From Selaginella moellendorffii (Eukaryota; Plantae; Lycopodiophyta), in contig NW_003314275.1 of the NCBI RefSeq assembly GCF_000143415.4, forward strand, positions 1 through 64,000: 64,000 nt of DNA, written 5' to 3'. Under the pieces are notes generated by a model that saw only the letters and a program-made list of their open reading frames with translations, did no database searches and was not told the origin of the DNA. Of this stretch, positions 11,066 to 22,227 are shown piece by piece. Made by a program: the position numbers and the translations under genes. Position 1 is the first letter of the stretch. Each line of letters begins with the position of its first letter.

Positions 11066-12206
11066 CCACATCTTTTACTACGCTTTGCAAGAGACGGAAG
11101 CATATGATTGCATCCTTCTCTGCGTAACCGATGACCTTCAAGGTCTGGCCGATGGACTCTAGGTATGTCCCAGTCACCTCTGGTCGTCCCCCACCGGTCA
11201 ACGCCCGGTCAACGCGCAGTCTACTGTCCAAACAGGAATATTCCCGAATATTCCCTGACAGTCAGATTGTTGACCGAGTCAACGAGGCCTACACCATTCG
11301 ATTCTGCACCCCTTTCCAAGTTTGACTACGTTGGTCTCATCTCCTTACGATGGATACCACACCTTGGAAAGCTTGCGAATCTCATAATGATGCCATGCGA
11401 CGACGTCGACGTCACACACGCCGACACCTCGCAGGAAAAGGACCTTTCTGCATGACCAAAAGACCTCGGGTACGTACCAGTCACTCCAGGCCACCTCCCT
11501 TTCGAGTCAACGCCCGGTCAACGCGGAGTCAACGGTCAGAACGGAATATTCCCCAATATTCCGACTGTATCCCTGTTGACCGAGTCAAAACGGCATATAC
11601 CGTTGGATTCCGCTCTTCCTTCCGATCGTGAATATGTGAGTTTCAACTCTGAACTCCTCACACGATTCGTTGAAAAGCGTGTATTCCGTTAAAACGGTAC
11701 CGCTCCTTCGACATCGGCGATGCACGCCGACAACTCGCGGGATGGCTCTCCCCTGCACCACCGCTGGACTTCGGGTATGTATGAGTGACCTCAGGCCCTC
11801 CACCATCCCAGTCCACACACGGTCAACGCGGGGTCAACGGTCAACGACGGAATATTCCCAGAATATTCCCTGCAAAGTGGACCACGTTTTTCGCCGCCGG
11901 GTATGTACGAGTGACACAAGCATTGTGGACGTAACGCATGCATCATATCATGCCGCGTTTACAAGTTATCTTGTGTCAAAGGTATGTCACCCGCCGGCCA
12001 AACGCTTACTGTCTTCGGCAATTAGCCGAAGTCATTCTCCGCGACTACCACTGCTGTGGAGTAACCAACACCAGCTTTGCTACGTTCGCACCCTCGCGAG
12101 CCAACGCTGCCACGCCACTTCGCATGGCCGCCACACGGACTCGCGCCACGTGACAGAGCCAAAATATAAGTAGAGTCGGCACCGAGCTAGGGTTAGGGTA
12201 GACACT

Positions 12207-12264
12207 AGACGACTACACCCGGCTGATGAGTCCCAAAAAGGACGAAACCGGTCTCGGGTTGTCT
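12207..12264 (+). ncRNA. Hammerhead ribozyme copy 3
   Basis: CTGATGA at 12223, identical core. Confidence 0.9.
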
Positions 12265-12455
12265 CTTGTCCTCTCCCTCGCTCACGAATGAATGAAAATT
12301 CATTCCCTCGCCTCCTCTACTTGCTCTCGATCACGCCGTTTCGACAACGGCACACGGAGAATGTGGATTGCACAAAGTGGTGCCGCGACCTCGCCGGATT
12401 GCAGCACCGCGGGGTGTCTTTGACCCTAAACGCCTAAACGCGCCTAAATCCTAAA

Positions 12456-12580
12456 CCCTAAACCCTAAACCCTAAACCCTAAACCCTAAACCCTAAACCC
12501 TAAACCTAAACCCTAAACCCTAAACCCTAAACCCTAAACCCTAAACCCTAAACCCTAAACCCTAAACCCTAAACCCTAAA
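12456..12580 (+). repeat. Interstitial telomeric tract
   Basis: (CCCTAAA)n. Confidence 0.95.
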
Positions 12581-13411
12581 CCTTCCGATCGTGAATATGT
12601 GAGTTTCAACTCTGAACTCCTCACACGATTCGTTGAAAAGCGTGTATTCCGTTAAAACGGTACCGCTCCTTCGACATCGGCGATGCACGCCGACAACTCG
12701 CGGGATGGCTCTCCCCTGCACCACCGCTGGACTTCGGGTATGTATGAGTGACCTCAGGCCCTCCACCATCCCAGTCCACACACGGTCAACGCGGGGTCAA
12801 CGGTCAACGACGGAATATTCCCAGAATATTCCCTGCAAAGTGGACCACGTTTTTCGCCGCCGGGTATGTACGAGTGACACAAGCATTGTGGACGTAACGC
12901 ATGCATCATATCATGCCGCGTTTACAAGTTATCTTGTGTCAAAGGTATGTCACCCGCCGGCCAAACGCTTACTGTCTTCGGCAATTAGCCGAAGTCATTC
13001 TCCGCGACTACCACTGCTGTGGAGTAACCAACACCAGCTTTGCTACGTTCGCACCCTCGCGAGCCAACGCTGCCACGCCAGTTCGCATGGCCGCCACACG
13101 GACTCGCGCCACGTGACAGAGCCAAAATATAAGTAGAGTCGGCACCGAGCTAGGGTTAGGGTAGACACTAGACGACTACACCCGGCTGATGAGTCCCAAA
13201 AAGGACGAAACCGGTCTCGGGTTGTCTCTTGTCCTCTCCCTCGCTCACGAATGAATGAAAATTCATTCCCTCGCCTCCTCTACTTGCTCTCGATCACGCC
13301 GTTTCGACAACGGCACACGGAGAATGTGGATTGCACAAAGTGGTGCCGCGACCTCGCCGGATTGCAGCACCGCGGGGTGTCTTTGACCCTAAACGCCTAA
13401 ACGCGCCTAAA
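12581..13411 (+). mobile_element. PLE unit 4, 5'-truncated
   Basis: Starts at the equivalent of ~824 (CCTTCCGATC) and has the same 3' seed. Confidence 0.88.
13170..13227 (+). ncRNA. Hammerhead ribozyme copy 4
   Basis: CTGATGA at 13186, identical core. Confidence 0.9.
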
Positions 13412-13448
13412 CCCTAAACCCTAAACCCTAAACCCTAAACCCTAAACC
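13412..13448 (+). repeat. Short telomeric tract
   Basis: About 5 CCCTAAA units. Confidence 0.9.
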
Positions 13449-13449
13449 G

Positions 13450-13542
13450 GTGGATTGCACAAAGTGGTGCTGCAATCTCGCCGGATTGCAGCACCGCGGG
13501 GTGTCTTTGACCCTAAACGCCTAAACGCGCCTAAATCCTAAA
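13450..13542 (+). mobile_element. PLE unit 5, ~93-bp 3' tail only
   Basis: Matches 1569-1661 with two substitutions. Confidence 0.88.
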
Positions 13543-13608
13543 CCCTAAACCCTAAACCCTAAACCCTAAACCCTAAACCCTAAACCCTAAAACCCTAAAC
13601 CCTAAACC
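13543..13608 (+). repeat. Short telomeric tract
   Basis: (CCCTAAA)n followed by GGTTTTAGGG. Confidence 0.9.
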
Positions 13609-13617
13609 GGTTTTAGG

Positions 13618-15936
13618 GCCAGGCACTATGCCGATGGCACGGGCTCTCTCACCACCTCTGGTGCCGGATCCCTTGCAATCGCCACCCAGGCCAGCCCCTG
13701 CCACTGGAACAGAGCAGCGAGCCCTCTCGCCTTAACGCTCTCCAGGACCTGGCCCAGCGCAGCAACCACCGTCACCTCTGCACCTGGCTCTGCTCTGCGT
13801 GTCCATGGCACCACGCTCAACACTGTCCCCACAGACTCGACGAGTGCCTCGACACAACCAACAAATCGCCCTTCCATCTACGGAGGCACACAGATGACGG
13901 AGTGAGCACTTGGACAGGTACACGAGCAGGCCTTGAACGATGGCTCCGAGGATATGGCACGCTTCGTCCCTCGATCAAGATCACCTCGGTGATCCTGCTC
14001 GAGGAGTTGGATATCCTCGATATCCACTTCTTCAAAGGCCCTCACTTTGAAGAGACACGCTGCCTCGACTCGTCCACGTTCCAGAAGCCCCTCAACGCCT
14101 ACCAGTACCTCCCCTGGACGTCGGTTCACCCATGGCACCAGAAAGTGGCATTTATCCGCAGCGAGCTCCGGAGATACCTCCTCCGTGAGAGCACGGCCCA
14201 TGGATTCCATGCCATGCGCATGCGGTTCTACCACCGCCTCTGTGTCCAGGGACACCCGATCTCCTTCCTCCAACACTGCCTCTCTAGCATCTCCTCTGAC
14301 CAGCGACATGAAGCTCTCCTTGCACGCTCGCGCCGCTCTAGCGACGCTTGTCGACGGACCCCCCTCGCCTTTAAGCTCCCCTACACGCTGCACAGCACGC
14401 AGCTAGGCTTGGGGGACATCCTAAACCCTAAACAGGTGATGGATGAAGCTCCCGCAGACACACTCCCCTGAGTGATCACGTGCTGGAGATGCCTCCCGAA
14501 CCCCGGTTCGTTCCTGGTCAGGGCTAAACTCGCTTTGCGAGCTTAGCCACATCTTTTACTACGCTTTGCAAGAGACGGAAGCATATGATTGCATCCTTCT
14601 CTGCGTAACCAATGACCTTCAGGGTCTGGCCGATGGACTCTAGGTATGTCCCAGTCACCTCTGGTCGTCCCCCACCGGTCAACGCCCGGTCAACGCGCAG
14701 TCTACTGTCCAAACAGGAATATTCCCGAATATTCCCTGACAGTCAGATTGTTGACCGAGTCAACGAGGCCTACACCATTCGATTCTGCACCCCTTTCCAA
14801 GTTTGACTACGTTGGTCTCATCTCCTTACGATGGATACCACACCTTGGAAAGCTTGCGAATCTCATAATGATGCCATGCGACGACGTCGACGTCACACAC
14901 GCCGACACCTCGCAGGAAAAGGACCTTTCTGCATGACCAAAAGACCTCGGGTACGTACCAGTCACTCCAGGCCACCTCCCTTTCGAGTCAACGCCCGGTC
15001 AACGCGGAGTCAACGGTCAGAACGGAATATTCCCCAATATTCCGACTGTATCCCTGTTGACCGAGTAAAAACGGCATATACCGTTGGATTCCGCTCTTCC
15101 TTCTGATCGTGAATATGTGAGTTTCAACTCTGAACTCCTCACACGATTCGTTGAAAAGCGTGTATTCCGTTAAAACGGTACCGCTCCTTCGACATCGGCG
15201 ATGCACGCCGACAACTCGCGGGATGGCTCTCCCCTGCACCACCGCTGGACTTCTGGTATGTATGAGTGACCTCAGGAGCCCCACCATCCCAGTCCACACA
15301 CGGTCAACGCGGGGTCAACGGTCAACGACGGAATATTCCCAGAATATTCCCTGCAAAGTGGACCACGTTTTTCGCCGCCGGGTACGTACAAGTGACACAA
15401 GCATTGTGGACGTAACGCATGCATCATATCATGCCGCGTTTACAAGTTATCTTGTGTCAAAGGTATGTCACCCGCCGGCCAAACGCTTACTGTCTTCGGC
15501 AATTAGCCGAAGTCATTCTCCGCGACTACCACTGCTGTGGAGTAACCAACACCAGCTTTGCTACGTTCGCACCCTCGCGAGCCAACGCTGCCACGCCACT
15601 TCGCATGGCCGCCACACGGACTCGCGCCACGTGACAGAGCCAAAATATAAGTAGAGTCGGCACCGAGCTAGGGTTAGGGTAGACACTAGACGACTACACC
15701 CGGCTGATGAGTCCCAAAAAGGACGAAACCGGTCTCGGGTTGTCTCTTGTCCTCTCCCTCGCTCACGAATGAATGAAAATTCATTCCCTCGCCTCCTCTA
15801 CTTGCTCTCGATCACGCCGTTTCGACAACGGCACACGGAGAATGTGGATTGCACAAAGTGGTGCCGCGATCTCGCCGGATTGCAGCACCGCGGGGTGTCT
15901 TTGACCCTAAACGCCTAAACGCGCCTAAATCCTAAA
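13618..15936 (+). mobile_element. PLE unit 6, 5'-truncated; RT fragment ~13830-14546 (HTDD variant)
   Basis: Starts at the equivalent of ~6137; ORF 13902-14471; same 3' seed. Confidence 0.88.
15688..15745 (+). ncRNA. Hammerhead ribozyme copy 5
   Basis: CTGATGA at 15704, identical core. Confidence 0.9.
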
Positions 15937-16073
15937 CCCTAAACCCTAAAACCGGCTAAACCCTAAACCCTAAACCCTAAACCCTAAACCTAAACCCTAA
16001 ACCCTAAACCCTAAACCCTAAACCCTAAACCCTAAACCCTAAACCCTAAACCCTAAATCCTAAACCCTAAACC
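15937..16073 (+). repeat. Interstitial telomeric tract capping the LINE
   Basis: (CCCTAAA)n with an ACCGGCTAAA variant. Confidence 0.95.
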
Positions 16074-16074
16074 A

Positions 16075-17502
16075 GTTGAAGCCTTCCTTGAGGAGGAGCA
16101 CGCCCTGCCAGACAAGAGAACAGAGTCTCGGGCGTACCAGCACCAGGAGGTTGACACCCCGGAGCGAGTGGCAAAAGCCCAGTCGAGAGTGAGGAAGACT
16201 CGGGGCTGCGGAAAGGTGGTAGAAGCGCTGCACTCCTCGGACGGGAACAGTGATGCTAACAAGGAGTACACCTCACATAAAGTGAACGAGGGAACACATG
16301 GTCAGGCCGAAGAGCACAAGGTGGCAGCAGTAGGGGAAGGTGGAAGTGACTTGGTCCACGACGACACGAGAGGAAAGGCCGTCCCTGTCAAGCTGGCTGA
16401 GACTCTGCAAAGAGCAGTAGCAGAGAAGGAAGAGGAACTCCGCAAGAAGGCACTGATTGCTGTTTTCAGGGGGAAGTTCCCAACAGGTCGCATGGCTAAC
16501 GATTGGATCAATGCAACGCTGGGCCAGGGAATCCTCATGAAGAAGATGCTGCCGCATGGGAAGGGCTGCTACACAGTTGTCTTTGAGACAGAGGAGGCAC
16601 GGTCTCAGGCGGAGGCCATGCATGGCCTCATTGATGAGAATTGGGCGGTGTCATTCCACCCATGGATCCCAAGGTTCACCGCAGAGGACCAGGCTCGTCT
16701 CAAGGGCGGGAGCTTTCCAGTGAACATTGCATTGTGGGACGTTCCCATGGAAATGCGGATCACACCGGTGATACAGGAGCTGGTTGAAGGAAGTATTGGC
16801 CAGATAGCGGCCGGCCTCGACACTGTAGAAGCAGAGGGTGTGCTAGGTCCCATCCGTCTCAAAGTTTTCGTGTCAGCCCCGGCTGAAATCCCGACAGAGA
16901 TCGCAGTGCTGGGCCAGTATATCAGGATCCAAACGGAGAACTCAGAACCTAGATGCAACTTTTGCCAGTGCGCTGGACACCGGGAGGAGGCCTGCTCAGT
17001 CAAGCGGAACAGGTTGGCATCCCAGAAGCCGTTTGAGTTACCTGCAGAGCAGGAGCGGATCTTGAAGGCACGCCCTCCGGACCAAGCTCCCCACATTCGC
17101 TTCCCGGTCGCCCCACCACTCTTGGGCTCATCCTCACAGCCCAAACTGTTCGAGGGACCTATTACGGATGTCGAAGGAGATGGCTTCCAGCCGGTCCTCC
17201 CTCGAACAGTAGGAATGGCGGTCAGGTGGATTCCCCCTAAGCGGGAATTAAGTCCCACAGAGGCGGGAGACTGGCTGATGTGCCGCGGGAACACAGCCTT
17301 CCCAGAGGTTGTCACTATTGGAGACTACCACACACGCATGGAGAGTGCTATCACTGAGTGGACGGGCTTTGCGAAGTACACTGTCCGAGGCTTCTCCTGG
17401 ACGAAGCACAGGGGGAAGATGACTGCGGTGTGGACCATCTCCACAGAATGGAGGGCGAGACCCCGTAACTCCTCACTTTCTTGGAAGTACGTGGCTCCAT
17501 GA
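16075..17502 (+). CDS. LINE ORF1 (DUF4283/RRM-like region + CCHC zinc knuckle), 5'-incomplete
   Basis: Frame is open back to the telomere junction; GCYTVVFETEE..FHPWIPRF; CNFCQCAGHREEAC; stop overlaps the ORF2 start as ATGA (17499-17502). Confidence 0.85.
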   Translation, partial: VEAFLEEEHALPDKRTESRAYQHQEVDTPERVAKAQSRVRKTRGCGKVVEALHSSDGNSDANKEYTSHKVNEGTHGQAEEHKVAAVGEGGSDLVHDDTRGKAVPVKLAETLQRAVAEKEEELRKKALIAVFRGKFPTGRMANDWINATLGQGILMKKMLPHGKGCYTVVFETEEARSQAEAMHGLIDENWAVSFHPWIPRFTAEDQARLKGGSFPVNIALWDVPMEMRITPVIQELVEGSIGQIAAGLDTVEAEGVLGPIRLKVFVSAPAEIPTEIAVLGQYIRIQTENSEPRCNFCQCAGHREEACSVKRNRLASQKPFELPAEQERILKARPPDQAPHIRFPVAPPLLGSSSQPKLFEGPITDVEGDGFQPVLPRTVGMAVRWIPPKRELSPTEAGDWLMCRGNTAFPEVVTIGDYHTRMESAITEWTGFAKYTVRGFSWTKHRGKMTAVWTISTEWRARPRNSSLSWKYVAP

Positions 17503-20500
17503 CAACTCTCACGCTCGTCACCTGGAACTGCCGGGGACTCAGCTGGACCGGCAGTCGACTCAACAAAAGGGCGCAGCTCAAGTCCCACATCCGAGAGATC
17601 AGCTTAGAAGGAGATATCGACATCCTATGCTTGCAAGAGCACAAAATGACTGTGGCCCCAGACTACACCTTTGGAATGAGGGGACGGCTCTGGTGGAACC
17701 CGGCCACGCAAGCAGTGGCCAGACCAGGAGGGGGCACAGCAGTGGTAGTCTCAACCAAATGGTCTGCTCAGGTACGAAACCACCTTGTTCTCGTCCCAGG
17801 AAAGGCTCAATTGCTTGTCCTTCACCTCCACTTTGGACGGGTGGGGATAATCAACGTCTATGCACCAACGAAGAAAGGGAGACGTGCAGAATTCTGGCTG
17901 AGTGTGTTACAGTCTGCCCAGGGGCAAGCAGATGAATGGCTGGTCCTGGGAGATTTCAACATGGTCGAGGACGTCTGTGATCGCAGGGGTATGCAGGAAA
18001 CAATTCAGCCACGTGAACAGAAGCAGTGGAGTCAGCTCATGGACATACTGGGGCTCATGGACCTCCAGCATGCTGCGGGATTCGCACCTCATGCTCACCC
18101 TTTTACAAGGCGACAGACAGTATCCTCCCAGTCGAGACTGGACCGGATTTACGCCTCGTCTCGCATACGGCAGGATGGGGGAAGCCTAAAAACGTGGCTG
18201 GGATTTGCCTCCTTCTCAGATCACGACCCCCTCAGATGCGTGATCCAGCTCCAAAGGGACAAAGGGACAGCGGTCCAGCGATCAATCACTAGAGCCACGC
18301 TGCGAGACCCAGTGGCAATTGGGCTTATACACGACGCTCTTGCGCAGAACAAGCTGGGACTGATCCCTGTGCTCTTGTCTTGCTCACAGAAGCTCCGGGC
18401 GCGCCAGAAGGATCTCAAAGGGGTGGTGATGAAGGACCTTAGACTGGCCAGGAAGAAGGTCGCAGCTGCACACAGGATGTTGCTGAACACGCAAGATGAG
18501 CTCAAGTGGCAAACAATACTGGATGAACGTGAAGCCGAGCTACGTGACATGGAGTACGCTGCATGGAGCAAGGGCGTTCGGGCCATGGAAGATGGATGGG
18601 CCCTGAATGAACGCCTTCTCAACAAGGCTTTCTTTAGGGGAATCAGGCCAGTGAAGGACTCTCCTCCCATTCTAGGACTGAAGCACAGTGACGGGCGAGT
18701 CATCGAGGACCAACAGGGGATGCAACAGCTCGCCCAGGAGTTTTACCAACTTCTATATACGGCCCAGCAGTGGACTCCAGAGAGGGAAAGGGCGGCGGTG
18801 GAAGTGCTTGCGTCCCTTCCCCAGCGAGTCCCCCATGAGTGGCACGACTCACTGAAGACGGACTTCACACTGGAGGAGCTTCGGGAAGCGCTCGGGAAGC
18901 TCAGCAACGACAAGCAGCCAGGTATCGATGGCCTCTTGCCCATTTTCTTCGAGGAGCACTGGGAGACCATAGGCCCGCTGCTGCTACAAGCATGGTGGGA
19001 TGCTCAACGTGATGGGACCTTGCCTCGCGAGATCCTTGAGGGCCAGATTGCGCTTATTCCAAAGAGGGGGGACCTGCAGGAGCTGAAGAATTGGAGGCCA
19101 ATCACCATGCTCAACACGTCCTACAAGGTCTATGCCAAAGCAATGACCCTCAAGCTCCAAGCTGTCATGCCGCTGATCATCCGGGAGCAGCAGACAGGGT
19201 TTGTTCCAGGGCGGCAAATCGCAGAAAACATCTGGACGTACCTGCTGGCTCAGAGATGGGCAGAGATCTCTAACCAACAAACTGCAGCATGGCTTTTGGA
19301 CTTCGAGAAGGCCTACGATCGGGTGGACTGGAGGTTCCTAGAGGAGTGCATGAACACGATCGGCATCCCGAGAGAGATGGTCACTAGGATCTCGTTACTA
19401 TACCGAGGAGCCACAAGCAGAGTCACAATCAATGGCGAGACGGGACCGAGTTTCCAGCTGGGACGTTCAATACGCCAAGGGTGTCCACTAGCACCCTATC
19501 TTTTTCTGATTGTGGCTGAGGCCCTGGGCACGTTTCTAGCGGAAGGCGGACGCATTAAAGGACTCACACTGCCGGCTGCGAGACAGCAACTTCCGGGAAC
19601 CACAAGGGTGTCTCGGGAACTCCTTGATGGTGCTTTTGCGGACGACACTGCCTTGTTCCTACTTGCGACTAAGGAGAACATGGATGCAGCTAAGAAGGCG
19701 CTGGAGACGTTCAACCTCGCGGCTGGTGCAGCAATTAACTGGAACAAATCAGTGGGCATAAATTGGGGGCAACCAGGCATCGAATCTTGGGGGCAGGACA
19801 TTGGCTTCCAGTGGCTCAAACCAGGAGAAGACGCTAGGTACCTGGGGATCCAGGTTGGTACTCGGTTCAGTGCAGCACTTCAGGATGACACCTTGCTCCG
19901 ACGGGTACGAACGTCAATCCAGAAGTGGGCTCCCCGGAAACTCGGCTTGCCAGCGAGAGTGGTAGTCGCTAGGAGCATCATTCTGCCTGGCATCTGGTAC
20001 CACCTCTCCATCTGGCCTGTTCCAGAACGCACTCTTAGAAAGGTACGCACGATGGTCCGTCAGTATTTGTGGCGGGGCGCTCTGGTCACAGGGAGGAGCA
20101 TGGCCAAGGTCGCGTGGCAATCTACAGCACGTCCGCGAGTCTTGGGAGGACTTGGAGTAATCGATCCGAGTGACATGGCGAAGGCGCTACGGTACAAAAT
20201 CCTCCTCATGGGCCTTCAACCAGGTAATCAACCTTGGAGACTCATGTTTAGGCAGAACTTGTTGGCAATCCGGCCCAAGCACAACACTGCAAGACCGTGG
20301 GAAGAAGATCCACGTTGGCTCTTTGCTGAGGGGCCGAAGCAAGTAGTCAAGGGCGGCACTCTAGTCCAGGGGCTTCTCCGGTTATGGAGCGCGTTTCCAG
20401 TCAGTAGGGAATTGCCAGGGCGAGCGGAGGACTGGCTGAACCAGCCCCTGTTCTTCAACGACCTCTTCAAACTGGATGATAGGACATTGGGCAGGGAGGA

Positions 20501-22001
20501 CCACTACACAATCTGGAGAAAGCTACATAGCGCAGGCTTCCGAACTCTCAAGCAGCTAGTGCGGGTTCTGGACAAGGACAGGAGGAAGACTACGAGGCAT
20601 ATGCAGGTCTTTAACCCGGGACGGTGGAGGAAAGTCCACCTTGATCTTCTTCGCATTATCAGAGCAGTGAGTGAGGCGAAGCAGGGGCAGCTCTGGCCTA
20701 GGCGTTGTCTCAAATCTGGAGACTTTGTGGCTCTGCAACGGGACGTGGAGTCAGACAGGGAACGAGTTAGCTTGGGGGCCTGGACACGGGCGTTTACGGC
20801 CCCAACACCAGCTTGGGAGGACAGGGATGTGGAGGTATGGTTCGTTGTGTCTCCAGACCAAAATGTTGGGCGTCCTTTTCGAGTCTTGAGAGGCGACATG
20901 CTGTTGCCAGCAGGGGACGAACAGGTCATGCCGATGGTGACGGATGACGAGGTCAAGGGTAGGATTCGAGTAATACGACAGGCTCCGAAACAATCGGTGG
21001 TGGTTCAATCGTTGGCTGCACTAGAAGGGGAAGGCATTCTTAGATGGTGGCGACAGCAGCTCATCGAGGATCTGGATTGGGACCCCGCAGCATGGAAACG
21101 AGGAGCGAGGAGCTTCTTCTCCTTCGGCGTCAAGGAAGCAAGGGATGGTCTCTTGACCAGCAGGGAGGAGGCCCGAGGGGAGATCCCCAAGCTCTGGAAG
21201 AAATGGATCGAGCAAGGAGTTGAAGCAAATCAGGTGGTGGGCAACACGCTTGCATTCTGGAAACTACCGGTACAGGAGAAAGTCAAGGCCACCTCTTGGT
21301 TGGTGGCAAATAACGGGCTGCCGGTAGGGCAGCGGTTCCAGGAAGAAGCATGCCGACGGTGCAAGGAGTGTGGCGAGTTGGAGACAGCGCAACATGTCCT
21401 ATGGGAATGCGACGTGGCGAGAGAAGTTTGGCGACAGATCTTCAAGGCGACGCAGGAACTCGGAGACATTCCAGAGTTTGAGGCTCGGAGTGGGGATATC
21501 CTCCACTGGTTTGAGGGAGCCAGAGGCCCAGCCATTGGTCCAGCTTGGAGGCGTATTCGCTGCTATGGACGGCACCGATGGAACATGCGAGTCCGGTGGG
21601 ACGTGACAGGGGCTGAAGTTGGGATGTCCATCTGGGAGGCGTTGGGCCAAGAGTGCTGGTCCATTTGGAGGGCAACAGGACTGCAGGCACTTTGGGAGGC
21701 ACGGAACCACTGTCGCTTTGATGGGCAACAAGCGAGAATATCGGCAGTGGTGGCATCATGGTGGAGACTCACTCTCGCAGCGGTGCGTCTTCACTACACC
21801 ATCCTGAAAGAGCGGGTGAAACCGAGGCAGCTCGAGGAGTGGAGATCTAGGTGGCTCCCATGCTTCGGCAAATTGGGAGGTGGCGAGATTCGCTGGCAAT
21901 GGCGCCCCCCAGACTCTGTTCTAAGGTCAGCTCATGGGGGAGACTTGGACATCGACATGATTCGCTCGAGACGACCACGTCCACTTCTACTCCAGGACTA
22001 G
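17499..22001 (+). CDS. LINE ORF2: APE endonuclease, reverse transcriptase, C-terminal zinc finger (1500 aa)
   Basis: TWNCRGL, LQEHK, GDFN, SRLDRIY, SDH; PGIDG, WRPITMLN, DFEKAYD, RQGCPLAP, FADD; CKECGELETAQHVLWEC. Confidence 0.96.
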   Translation: MTTLTLVTWNCRGLSWTGSRLNKRAQLKSHIREISLEGDIDILCLQEHKMTVAPDYTFGMRGRLWWNPATQAVARPGGGTAVVVSTKWSAQVRNHLVLVPGKAQLLVLHLHFGRVGIINVYAPTKKGRRAEFWLSVLQSAQGQADEWLVLGDFNMVEDVCDRRGMQETIQPREQKQWSQLMDILGLMDLQHAAGFAPHAHPFTRRQTVSSQSRLDRIYASSRIRQDGGSLKTWLGFASFSDHDPLRCVIQLQRDKGTAVQRSITRATLRDPVAIGLIHDALAQNKLGLIPVLLSCSQKLRARQKDLKGVVMKDLRLARKKVAAAHRMLLNTQDELKWQTILDEREAELRDMEYAAWSKGVRAMEDGWALNERLLNKAFFRGIRPVKDSPPILGLKHSDGRVIEDQQGMQQLAQEFYQLLYTAQQWTPERERAAVEVLASLPQRVPHEWHDSLKTDFTLEELREALGKLSNDKQPGIDGLLPIFFEEHWETIGPLLLQAWWDAQRDGTLPREILEGQIALIPKRGDLQELKNWRPITMLNTSYKVYAKAMTLKLQAVMPLIIREQQTGFVPGRQIAENIWTYLLAQRWAEISNQQTAAWLLDFEKAYDRVDWRFLEECMNTIGIPREMVTRISLLYRGATSRVTINGETGPSFQLGRSIRQGCPLAPYLFLIVAEALGTFLAEGGRIKGLTLPAARQQLPGTTRVSRELLDGAFADDTALFLLATKENMDAAKKALETFNLAAGAAINWNKSVGINWGQPGIESWGQDIGFQWLKPGEDARYLGIQVGTRFSAALQDDTLLRRVRTSIQKWAPRKLGLPARVVVARSIILPGIWYHLSIWPVPERTLRKVRTMVRQYLWRGALVTGRSMAKVAWQSTARPRVLGGLGVIDPSDMAKALRYKILLMGLQPGNQPWRLMFRQNLLAIRPKHNTARPWEEDPRWLFAEGPKQVVKGGTLVQGLLRLWSAFPVSRELPGRAEDWLNQPLFFNDLFKLDDRTLGREDHYTIWRKLHSAGFRTLKQLVRVLDKDRRKTTRHMQVFNPGRWRKVHLDLLRIIRAVSEAKQGQLWPRRCLKSGDFVALQRDVESDRERVSLGAWTRAFTAPTPAWEDRDVEVWFVVSPDQNVGRPFRVLRGDMLLPAGDEQVMPMVTDDEVKGRIRVIRQAPKQSVVVQSLAALEGEGILRWWRQQLIEDLDWDPAAWKRGARSFFSFGVKEARDGLLTSREEARGEIPKLWKKWIEQGVEANQVVGNTLAFWKLPVQEKVKATSWLVANNGLPVGQRFQEEACRRCKECGELETAQHVLWECDVAREVWRQIFKATQELGDIPEFEARSGDILHWFEGARGPAIGPAWRRIRCYGRHRWNMRVRWDVTGAEVGMSIWEALGQECWSIWRATGLQALWEARNHCRFDGQQARISAVVASWWRLTLAAVRLHYTILKERVKPRQLEEWRSRWLPCFGKLGGGEIRWQWRPPDSVLRSAHGGDLDIDMIRSRRPRPLLLQD

Positions 22002-22109
22002 GTCTAGCTGCGGCATATGAGGATCACGTAGAGTAGCTCATGGAGAGGGCGGCACGCCCATTTTTTGTATTAGTCCCATTGGGACATGGGGAATGTACAT
22101 ACACGTTCA

Positions 22110-22173
22110 GCGATCTCGCCGGATTGCAGCACCGCGGGGTGTCTTTGACCCTAAACGCCTAAACGCGCCTAAA
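22110..22173 (+). mobile_element. 64-bp PLE 3' tail fused to the LINE 3' UTR
   Basis: GCGATCTCGCCGGATTGCAGCACCGCGGGGTGTCTTTGACCCTAAACGCCTAAACGCGCCTAAA, identical to 1591-1654. Confidence 0.92.
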
Positions 22174-22227
22174 CCCTAAACCCTAAACCCTAAACCCTAA
22201 ACCGGTAAACCCTAAACCCTAAACCCA
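22174..22227 (+). repeat. Innermost telomeric tract
   Basis: (CCCTAAA)n with an ACCGGTAAA variant. Confidence 0.92.

Larger units (their letters stand above)
8608..12455 (+). mobile_element. PLE unit 3, 5'-truncated
   Basis: Starts at the equivalent of 4601 and has the same 3' seed. Confidence 0.88.
16074..22109 (+). mobile_element. L1-clade (L1/Tx1-like) LINE, 5'-truncated in ORF1, intact ORF2, no poly(A)
   Basis: ORF1, ORF2 and a 108-nt 3' UTR; telomeric repeats at the 5' side and PLE tail at the 3' side. Confidence 0.93.

Noticed and set aside
1-22227. CRISPR-like repeat-spacer array
   Set aside because: The repeats are telomeric heptamers and the spacers are retroelements; eukaryotic context
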